From an uncultured Planctomycetota bacterium (GTDB lineage Bacteria; Planctomycetota; Planctomycetia; Isosphaerales; Isosphaeraceae), in NCBI GenBank assembly GCA_963823665.1, contig CAWGMQ010000007.1, forward strand, positions 192,001-256,000: a DNA stretch of 64,000 bases. The letters run 5' to 3'. A program made the translations under genes and the position numbers. The notes beneath the pieces were generated by a model. The model saw only the letters and a list, made by a program, of their open reading frames with translations. It had not been told where the DNA came from and did not search any database. Below are positions 56,683 to 64,000 of this stretch, piece by piece (within the stretch, counting starts at the first letter, position 1; every line of letters begins with the position of its first letter).

Positions 56683-57752
56683 TCAATAAACCAACGTCAT
56701 CGCCGAGATCATGGCGGGCTCGATTTCTCGGATCACGCCGGCGGCGTATTCGATCTCTTCGCGCGAGACGTCGAGGTGGGTGCAGGCGCGGATGACCTGG
56801 GCACCGATCACTGTGACCATGATGTTGCGCGAGCGGAGAAACGCGGCGACTTCGGCGGCGGTGCCGACGGACGGGTCAATCTTTACCCAGACGAGATTGG
56901 TCATGACCGGGCCGGATTCGAGGGCGAAACCCTCGGCGGAGTCGAACGCACCGGCAAGCACCTGGGCGTTTTCATGATCGTCGCTCAGCCGGGCGATGTT
57001 GTGATCCAGCGCATAAAGCGCGGCGGCGGCGAGGATGCCGGCTTGACGCATTCCGCCGCCGAACAGTTTGCGAAGTCGGCGGGCGCGTCGGATCGCTTCG
57101 GATGTGCCGGCGAGCGCTGAGCCGACGGGAGCGCCCAGGCCTTTCGAAAAACAAATCGATACGGTGTCGAAGTGCTGGCAACACTCGGCGGCCGCGATGC
57201 CGCTGGCCACGACGGCGTTCATCAGGCGGGCGCCGTCCAGGTGCATGGCGAGATTGTGCTCGCGCGCCACCGCGCGATCCGGCTGATGCTCTCGAGCGAG
57301 TGAACCCGGCCGCCGCCGCGATTGTGCGTGTTTTCCAGGCAGACCAGCCGCGTGCGCACGTAATGGGCGTCGTGCGCGGGGCGGATGGCGCCGGCGATGT
57401 CTTCGAGGCGGAGGATGCCGCCGTCACCCTCGAACGTGCGAGCGGTCACGCCTGAAAGGCGAGCGATTCCGCCTGCTTCCCAGACGTAGACGTGCGAAGT
57501 CGACGAGCACAGCAGCTCGTCGCCGGGTTGGGTGTTCACGCCGACGCCGATCTGATTGGCCATCGTTCCGGAAGGAACGAACACCGCCGCTTCCTTGCCA
57601 AGAAGCTCGGCTGTCCTGGCCTCGAGATGCATCACCGTGGGGTCTTCGCCGTACACGTCGTCGCCGACGTCGGCTTCGGCCATCGCTCGCCGCATCGCCG
57701 TGGTTGGCTTGGTGACCGTATCGGATCGCAGATCAATGGGAGGTCCGTGCAT
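56683..57752 (-). CDS. ltaE: Low-specificity L-threonine aldolase (frameshift near 57270)
   Basis: [60 protein letters not shown] (PLP Lys), GGGMRQAG. Confidence 0.92.
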
Positions 57753-57789
57753 GCGTCGTGTGGAGTGGCGAGGAGTGCTTGTGGTCTTT

Positions 57790-59673
57790 TTAAAGGGTTT
57801 TCAGGTAGGCGATCAGGTCGTCGAGCTCCTTCTCGCTGAGCTCGCCCAGGCCGGTGACACTGTCGGCGCTGTGGGGTCCGGCGAGGGCTTCGCGCAGGGT
57901 CTTGGAGCGGCCGTCGTGGAGGTACGGGTCCTTGTCGTAGAGACCGCGGAGGGACGGAGGGTTGTAGCCCTTGTAGACGTCATCGGACTCTTCGAGGCCG
58001 GCCTCGTGGATTTTGCCGTCGGTGAGCTCGGGGCCGCCGTGGCAGGTGTTGCACGCGGCTTTCGGCGACTTGAAGACGTCGCGCCCGCGCTGGGCCTGGG
58101 ACGAGAGGCTGCCGTCCCGGTTGCGATACGGGTTCCTGGGGTATTCGAGCGTGCCCAGGTAAGCGATCAACGCTTTGACGTCGTCGGCTTTGGGCCGGGG
58201 ACCTTGCATGCTCTTCGTGAATGACTCAAGCGCGGCATCATCCAGGCTCTTCTGCCAGCCGTGCCAGGTCCACGGTTTCGTTTCCGTCACGCGGCGGAGG
58301 CTGGGAACTTTCTTGCGGCTGCGCTTCGGGAACGTGCTGAAGTCTTGCCTGCCGTCGTTGAGCGTGTCGAAATCGAGCCCATCGGTATGCCCGTCAGTGT
58401 GGCAGGTGTTGCAACTGTACCACTGGTTGAACGAGTGGGCGGCGTCGTGGAAGACGATTTCGCCCTTTCGCTCGAGCGAAAGTGTCTTGGGAGCGCCCAG
58501 CGGAATGGTTTGCACGAGCTTGGCGGATTCGGCGTCGACGACCTGGATGGCATCGCCCAGGTAGTTGGCGACGTAGAGCAGATTGCCTTTCGGGGCGAAT
58601 GCCAGCTCGGTGGGGCGTCCGCCCAGTTCCACCCGGCGATAGCGGCCATCATTCTTGAGCAGCTCGGGCGCGATCAGGTCGCGCGAGCTATTGGGCCGCC
58701 AGGGGATAGGGCTCTTGTCGGTGCGGAAGATCATGACCTCGTGGGTTCCGCCGCAACTGACGGCGATGTACTTCTGGTCGTGGCTGACGGCCACGCCGTG
58801 GGCATCGGCCGCAGCTTTGCCGCGGGTGTCGAGTGAGAGCGTGTCGAAGGTGGTCGCCGTTCCATCAAGGGGAACTCGCGTGAGGCGCTGGCCGAGCACC
58901 CAGCCCAGGTCGATGTTGTTCCGGGTCGTCGGCAGCCGACGGTTCTTCATGTCGGCGATATAACCCGTTTTGCCGTCGGGGCTGATCGCCACCTGGCGCA
59001 GGTTGTCGCCGTCGATGGGGATCGTTTTGGAGACTTTCCAGTTCCGGGCGTCGATCACCGACACATCCTGGGAGCGAGCGTTGCCGACGAGCAACACGGA
59101 GTCGTCAAGTGAGAGGGCAACGCCGCGGGGCTCGCGGCCGACGTCGAGTGTTCCGGTGATCTTCCGGATATGGAGGTCGACGCGAACCACTTTGTTCTCG
59201 ATGCCGATAGCGACATAAGCGGTCGAGCCGTTGGCCGTGATGGCGGCGCCTCGGGGCTCGGGGCCGACATCGACCCGGCCGGCGATTGAGAGCTTGTCGT
59301 CCTTGATGTCGAGGATCGCCATGTCGTAGCCGTACCAGTGGGTGACCACTGCGCGACCGGCGTCGCGCGCGAGGGCCACTCCGGCGGGCTTGTCTCCGGT
59401 CTTGAGCTCGTCGAGCACGCGCCTGTTCTTGAGGTCGACGAGCGAGACGCTGCCGGCGGTCTGGTTGGCGCTCAACAAGCGGTCACCGGCGGTCGAGACG
59501 GCCAGCGAGATCGGCGAGCGATGCGGCTCATCGGCGGCGCTTGAGGCTCCCTTGGCCGGCTGCGCCTTGTCGTCGCCGGTGGCGCGGGGCCAGAGGGCGA
59601 TGGCGGGAACGGCGACAAACGCGGCGGCGGAGAGGAACAGCGAAGCCAGGGCGGGAAGAATTCTGCTCGTCAT
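57790..59673 (-). CDS. YVTN-type beta-propeller fused to a di-heme cytochrome c (CCP/MauG-like) domain
   Basis: Signal peptide; VG..PRG repeats; two CNTCH heme motifs; VPSLRR and PPSLRG..PYLHDG. Confidence 0.85.
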   Translation of the reverse strand: MTSRILPALASLFLSAAAFVAVPAIALWPRATGDDKAQPAKGASSAADEPHRSPISLAVSTAGDRLLSANQTAGSVSLVDLKNRRVLDELKTGDKPAGVALARDAGRAVVTHWYGYDMAILDIKDDKLSIAGRVDVGPEPRGAAITANGSTAYVAIGIENKVVRVDLHIRKITGTLDVGREPRGVALSLDDSVLLVGNARSQDVSVIDARNWKVSKTIPIDGDNLRQVAISPDGKTGYIADMKNRRLPTTRNNIDLGWVLGQRLTRVPLDGTATTFDTLSLDTRGKAAADAHGVAVSHDQKYIAVSCGGTHEVMIFRTDKSPIPWRPNSSRDLIAPELLKNDGRYRRVELGGRPTELAFAPKGNLLYVANYLGDAIQVVDAESAKLVQTIPLGAPKTLSLERKGEIVFHDAAHSFNQWYSCNTCHTDGHTDGLDFDTLNDGRQDFSTFPKRSRKKVPSLRRVTETKPWTWHGWQKSLDDAALESFTKSMQGPRPKADDVKALIAYLGTLEYPRNPYRNRDGSLSSQAQRGRDVFKSPKAACNTCHGGPELTDGKIHEAGLEESDDVYKGYNPPSLRGLYDKDPYLHDGRSKTLREALAGPHSADSVTGLGELSEKELDDLIAYLKTL

Positions 59674-59708
59674 GAAAATCGCTCCGGGCAGGGGCGGTTT
59701 CTTGAGTT

Positions 59709-59756
59709 CCGGGGGCTCGAAGCCCCTGGCTATTGACCGCGGCCCCGTCGGGGCCG
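59709..59756. repeat. Twin-hairpin REP-like element, copy 1 (copy 2 at 62357-62402)
   Basis: CCGGGGGCTCGAAGCCCCTGG-CTATTGACCG-CGGCCCCGTCGGGGCCG. Confidence 0.8.
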
Positions 59757-59798
59757 ATTGGGGTTATACCGGGTTTGAGGCGGCATTCGAGGCACGCA

Positions 59799-59820
59799 CT
59801 TTCGCGGATCGAAAGGCGAC
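59799..59820 (+). repeat. Palindromic REP-like unit CTTTCGCGGATCGAAAGGCGAC
   Basis: Same family as the reverse complement of 9101-9122 (19/22 identical). Confidence 0.7.
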
Positions 59821-59865
59821 AATCAACGGTTAGCTCATCGCCCTGCTGGGGGCAGTCAGTCCGAA

Positions 59866-61587
59866 TTACATCCGCTCCACGATATCGATTCCTAGAAGGC
59901 CCAGTCCAGTCTTAAGTGTTACGGCCGTCAGATCGCAGAGGGCCAGACGGCTATTGCGGCGCTCGGGCGACTCGGCCTTGAGCACGGGGCAGCCCTCGAA
60001 AAAGGTACTGAACGCATTCGCCAGGTCGAACAGGTAGTCGGTCAGGACATTTGGCTTGTGCTCCGAATCGGCGAGCTCGAGCACTTCGGGCAGCCGCAGC
60101 AGCTTGACTCCGAGGGCGCGCTCAGCGGGGTGGGCGAGGGAGATCGCCGGCGCCTCGCGGCGGATGTCCGCGGCGAGGAAACCGCCCTTGCGGAAGATGC
60201 TCTGAACGCGCGCGTAACCATATTGAAGGTAGGTCGCCGTGTTGCCGTTCATGGCCATCATCTTCTGCCAGTCGAAGACGTAGTCGCTGATCCGGTTCTG
60301 GCATAAGTCAGCATATTTTATTGCTCCCAGGCCCACGACCTCGGCGACGCGCTGGCGCTCGGCTGGATCGAGCTCCGGGCTATTCTCGTCGACGACCTTG
60401 CGCGCCATTGCGGTTGCCTCGTCGAGCAGCGACTCGAGCCCGACGACGTCGCCCTTGCGGGTTCTGAAGGGGCGGCGATCGGCGCCCAGGATGGTGCCGA
60501 AGGCGATGTGCTCGAGCTCGGCTGAGCCGGCGATACCCCACTTGCGGGTGACCTCGAAAAGCTGCTTGAAATGGTCGCCCTGGCGGTGGTCAACGACGTA
60601 GAGGACCTGGTCGGGATGCCACGTTTCGACCCGATACTTGATGGTGGCGAGGTCAGTGGTGGCGTAAGTGAAGGCGCCGTCGCGCTTGCGAATCAAGAAG
60701 GGGGCCTCGGTCTTCTCGACGAAGACGACGATCGCACCTTCGCTCTCGACGGCGATGCCTGAAGCTTGCAGGCCGGCCACGATCGGGGCGAGCTTATCAT
60801 CGTAGAAGCTCTCGCCGTGCTGAACGTCGAATTTCACTTCGAGGCGATCGTAGATGGCCTGGAGGGCCGCCAGGCAGTGGGGGATGAACCGAGCCCACAA
60901 GGCGCGATTCTCGGGGTCGCCGGCGTGGAGCTTCGCGGTCTCGGTTCTCGCGGCGTCCTCGACCGATCTGTCGCCCGAGTCAATCCTGTCCTGGACGAGG
61001 CGGTAGAGCCGGGCGAGCTCGGTGACGGGGTCGGATTCATAATTTGATTCGTCGCGGGCGTTCTTCCATCCCCAGAGGATCATGCCGAACTGGGAGCCCC
61101 AGTCACCCAGGTGGTTGTCACGAATGACCTTGTGGCCCACGGCCGCCGCGATGCGTGCGAGGGAATCGCCGATGACGGTCGAGCGGAGGTGGCCGACGTG
61201 CATGGGCTTGGCGACGTTGGGCGAGGAAAAATCGATCACGACGGTGCGGGGATGCTCGGGAATGGGAATTCCGCCGGCTGGATCGGTCAGAAGCCTCTGG
61301 AGCTGCAGGGCGACCCAATCGTCATTCAACCGCAGGTTCAAGAAGCCCGGGCCGGCCACTTCCGGTGGAGCGGCGATCGGGGCGAGGTCGACGCCGCGCG
61401 CGATTTCCTGGGCGAGGTCGCGGGGTTTGGAGCCGAGGGCCTTGGCGAGCATCATGCAGCCGTTGGCCTGGTAATCGCCGAACTTGGGATCGGTGGCGGG
61501 GCGGACCGCGGCGGCGAAGGCAGCGCGGTCGGCTCCTTCGGGCAGGGCGGGGCTGAAAAGATCACGCAGGCGTGAGAGTAGGTTCAT
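59866..61587 (-). CDS. argS: Arginine--tRNA ligase
   Basis: FGDYQAN, AGPGFLN, DFSSPNVAKPMHVGHLRSTVIG (HIGH), GDWGSQFG, YATTDLA, GNTATYLQY, C-terminal ERM. Confidence 0.97.
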   Translation of the reverse strand: MNLLSRLRDLFSPALPEGADRAAFAAAVRPATDPKFGDYQANGCMMLAKALGSKPRDLAQEIARGVDLAPIAAPPEVAGPGFLNLRLNDDWVALQLQRLLTDPAGGIPIPEHPRTVVIDFSSPNVAKPMHVGHLRSTVIGDSLARIAAAVGHKVIRDNHLGDWGSQFGMILWGWKNARDESNYESDPVTELARLYRLVQDRIDSGDRSVEDAARTETAKLHAGDPENRALWARFIPHCLAALQAIYDRLEVKFDVQHGESFYDDKLAPIVAGLQASGIAVESEGAIVVFVEKTEAPFLIRKRDGAFTYATTDLATIKYRVETWHPDQVLYVVDHRQGDHFKQLFEVTRKWGIAGSAELEHIAFGTILGADRRPFRTRKGDVVGLESLLDEATAMARKVVDENSPELDPAERQRVAEVVGLGAIKYADLCQNRISDYVFDWQKMMAMNGNTATYLQYGYARVQSIFRKGGFLAADIRREAPAISLAHPAERALGVKLLRLPEVLELADSEHKPNVLTDYLFDLANAFSTFFEGCPVLKAESPERRNSRLALCDLTAVTLKTGLGLLGIDIVERM

Positions 61588-61590
61588 GAT

Positions 61591-62127
61591 TCAGGCGGGT
61601 AGGGAGTCGGCAGCCGCGGTTTCGTGCTCGGCGGGCTCGGATTGCCAGTCGAGCTGGGGGGCGTCGCCCCAGATATCTTCGAGGGCGTAATAGGCGCGGG
61701 ACTCGGGCGAGAAGATGTGGACGACGAAGTCGCCGTAATCGATCAGGATCCAGCGTCCGTCCTCGGAGCCTTCCAGCCCCAGCTTGGCTTCCCCCTGTTT
61801 CTTCATCGCTGCGTCGATTTCGCTCGCGATTGCGTTGCCCAGGCGGCGCGAGCTGGCCGTGACGATGACGAAGAAGTCGACCAGAGGGGTCGCTTGCCTC
61901 AGGTCAAGCAGCAGGATGTCCTTCGCTCGATTGTCGTCGGCGATCTGGGCGCAGGCTCGCGATCGCTCGAGTGCCAGCGGTGCGCGGCGCGGGTCGCGGC
62001 GCTCGGTGGCGTGATGCGGAACGTCGTCCTGCATCGAGCGGAGCGAACGATTACGAGAGATCTGCTTGCGAGCTTTGGAAGTGGGTTCGACGGCGCGAGA
62101 GCGATCGGTTGTGTTGTGATCTGTCAT
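61591..62127 (-). CDS. rsfS: Ribosome silencing factor RsfS (Iojap)
   Basis: DNRAKDILLLDL...DFFVIVT, WILIDYGDFVVHIF, RAYYALEDIWGDA; start uncertain. Confidence 0.92.
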   Translation of the reverse strand: MTDHNTTDRSRAVEPTSKARKQISRNRSLRSMQDDVPHHATERRDPRRAPLALERSRACAQIADDNRAKDILLLDLRQATPLVDFFVIVTASSRRLGNAIASEIDAAMKKQGEAKLGLEGSEDGRWILIDYGDFVVHIFSPESRAYYALEDIWGDAPQLDWQSEPAEHETAAADSLPA

Positions 62128-62356
62128 TCCTGATTTTCCGCTCGAGCGGATCAATTCCCCGGAACGAGCTCGGCCCACCTCACCTGGAATTCGCGTGAGG
62201 ACCAATGAGCCGGCCCACAGATACGGACCAGACAGCGCGGCGGGCGGGCCGGTTCACGTGAACAGTGTAACCGGTAATGCGCGGGCTGACTATGGGTCTG
62301 CGAGTCGACCGCCCGAAAGGTTCAGGCGGCGAATCTGGTCCAGGGATGAACTTGGT

Positions 62357-62402
62357 CCAGGGGGTGAACCCCCTGGCTATTGACCGCCGCCCCTTCGGGG
62401 CG
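62357..62402. repeat. Twin-hairpin REP-like element, copy 2
   Basis: CCAGGGGGTGAACCCCCTGG-CTATTGACCGC-CGCCCCTTCGGGGCG. Confidence 0.8.
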
Positions 62403-62488
62403 AGGTGGGTCGTCAGGTTTTGGCGTGACGACCGGGATCCAGGCTTTGACCGTGAGGTCGTTCTCGAGAGACCGCTCGCCAGCTCGTG

Positions 62489-64000
62489 CTATCGCTTTGA
62501 TCGCGGAGCCCGGGGCTTGCCGGTGAAGAAGTTATAGGCGTATTGCATGAGACTCGAGACGGTCACGCTCGACGTGGAATTAGCCTCCGGGCTGGTCAAA
62601 ACGAACTTCAGGGTGTGATTGTAGTTCGTCGACAAACTCGGGTTGGCCAGGCTGATCGTGCCCTTGAGCGCCTCAGGCTGGGAACCGCTCGCGGGCTGCG
62701 GACCCGGCTGGATCAGGAAGGGGTTCATCTGGAACGCGAGGTCCCATGGCTGCTGCTTGCTGGATGTTTTTGTATAGATATCCAGCTCATCACCCTGTAC
62801 GAAGTTTGTGAACTGGTAATTGAAGGTCAAGCCGCTGAAGTAGAACGCGCTGGCCTTGAATGTGCCGATGTAAGACTGCGAAGCGCTCCCTTGCTGGGTC
62901 AGAGTCACCGAGGATCCGTAAGTCGAGTTGTTCTGGACCGTGACGCCCGGCGTGCTCATTTGAGGGCTCAAATTCACGGTCGTGAAAACCGGCGCGATGG
63001 TGGAGGGATTGATGTAGGGCGTCGTGAGCTGGTACTGCTGCGAAGGCTTCCAGGTCAAGGCGCCCCATGCCTGCTCGTTGAAGCTCTGAGCCGGCGGCGT
63101 GCTGCCGGCGACGAGCGGCGACCACATCCGGCCGACCTTCTGTCCGAAGGTGACATACTTCTCGGCCGACCCGGCATACCAGTAGGCCGCGTAGGTGTGC
63201 ACGTCCTCGAGATTGCCGTTCTCGAGCAGCGGCCAGGCATAAAGGTCGACGTCGATGACGTTCTGCAAGTCGGGATTGGACGGCACGCCCGATTTGGTGT
63301 ACGAGACGACGTCATACGGCATGTCGAAAGCGGATATATAATTATCAACGAACGTAGAAGTGGCTGTGGGCGTTTGGCTGATGTTCAAGTCGTTCAAGAA
63401 GTACCAGTTGTCGTTGGTGGCGCCGGCTTCGGCCAGGAAGCTGCCGCCATAGGAGTCGGATTCGGGCGAGTCGAGGATGGTGAGCTGGTTGACGGTCAAG
63501 CGATCGGCCGGGGGGGCGGTGGTCAAGAGGTCGGCGGCCACCGTCACCACCTTCGAGCCGTGGCTGTGGCCGATCAACTGGAGCTTGCCTCCGAAGTCTT
63601 GCTCGGGTCCGAGCGCCTGCTCGAGCGCGACGGCCAGACGGGCGCCGTTGACGGTGGTCAAGGCCTCGGAATGGTAGGCATCCTGGGGGATCGACAAGGT
63701 GTAATTCAGAATGGGGATGTTGATGGTCTCGTTGGACGTGGCCGAGTTGTCGATCCAGCTATAGGCGAGGACGACGGCATTATCGGGGTCGGTGGCAATG
63801 AGATCCTGCGCCATGCCGAATGCCGAGACACGGGCGGGTTCTTTCACCCCGGGATCGGGATAACCGTCGAGCAGCCACGGCGATGCCGGGCCCGCGTCGT
63901 CCGTATCCAGTTTTTTTATCGCCTGGTATTGCTTGTTCGCCTTCCCGCCGGGGTAGTTCGAAGGGATCGTCTGCCACCATTCAAGAACCTTATCATATTT
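62489..64000 (-). CDS. Alpha/beta-hydrolase (lipase-like) domain protein with a C-terminal beta domain; 5' end outside the window
   Basis: The frame stays open to 64000; LIGHSHGS nucleophile elbow, LTILDSPE, HTYAAYWY; Ser/Thr/Asn-rich composition. Confidence 0.75.
   Translation of the reverse strand, partial: KYDKVLEWWQTIPSNYPGGKANKQYQAIKKLDTDDAGPASPWLLDGYPDPGVKEPARVSAFGMAQDLIATDPDNAVVLAYSWIDNSATSNETINIPILNYTLSIPQDAYHSEALTTVNGARLAVALEQALGPEQDFGGKLQLIGHSHGSKVVTVAADLLTTAPPADRLTVNQLTILDSPESDSYGGSFLAEAGATNDNWYFLNDLNISQTPTATSTFVDNYISAFDMPYDVVSYTKSGVPSNPDLQNVIDVDLYAWPLLENGNLEDVHTYAAYWYAGSAEKYVTFGQKVGRMWSPLVAGSTPPAQSFNEQAWGALTWKPSQQYQLTTPYINPSTIAPVFTTVNLSPQMSTPGVTVQNNSTYGSSVTLTQQGSASQSYIGTFKASAFYFSGLTFNYQFTNFVQGDELDIYTKTSSKQQPWDLAFQMNPFLIQPGPQPASGSQPEALKGTISLANPSLSTNYNHTLKFVLTSPEANSTSSVTVSSLMQYAYNFFTGKPRAPRSKR

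Overview
GC-rich bacterial chromosomal DNA. The gene families point to Planctomycetota, probably Isosphaerales-like (inference): a long-extension ECF sigma factor, an ECF/Ser-Thr kinase pair, GDPLP-type WD40 proteins, a SgcJ-like plus TPR pair and RF(S/T)L-type N-termini. From left to right: an outer-membrane barrel and a secreted GYAQP-repeat protein; a long minus-strand run (ECF sigma, YhiI/RbbA/YhhJ-like ABC exporter, a three-gene Dyp-peroxidase cluster, HdeD, TPR protein, SgcJ-like protein, permuted NlpC/P60, AI-2E); a carbon module (phosphoketolase, GlgX, GH63 glucosidase); a patatin-TM-beta-domain protein and a TlpA redoxin; a rearranged block (FG-GAP protein, two kinases, ECF) lying between two copies of a spermidine-synthase-like tail plus nfi; a plus-strand run of orphan, WD40, TPR and membrane genes; and ltaE, a YVTN-diheme cytochrome, argS, rsfS and an alpha/beta hydrolase cut by the window edge. 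Many conserved genes carry single-base frameshifts and three in-frame TAG codons occur, which most likely reflects long-read consensus errors, so pseudogene calls are uncertain. I found no rRNA, tRNA, CRISPR array, transposase or phage gene. The best leads are the uncharacterised Dyp three-gene module, a conserved bipartite promoter-like motif upstream of both kinases, the duplicated nfi segments, 56-bp direct repeats bounding a four-gene cassette, and several REP-like elements, one of them in frame inside a gene. All family assignments come from motif recognition by eye; no database searches were run.
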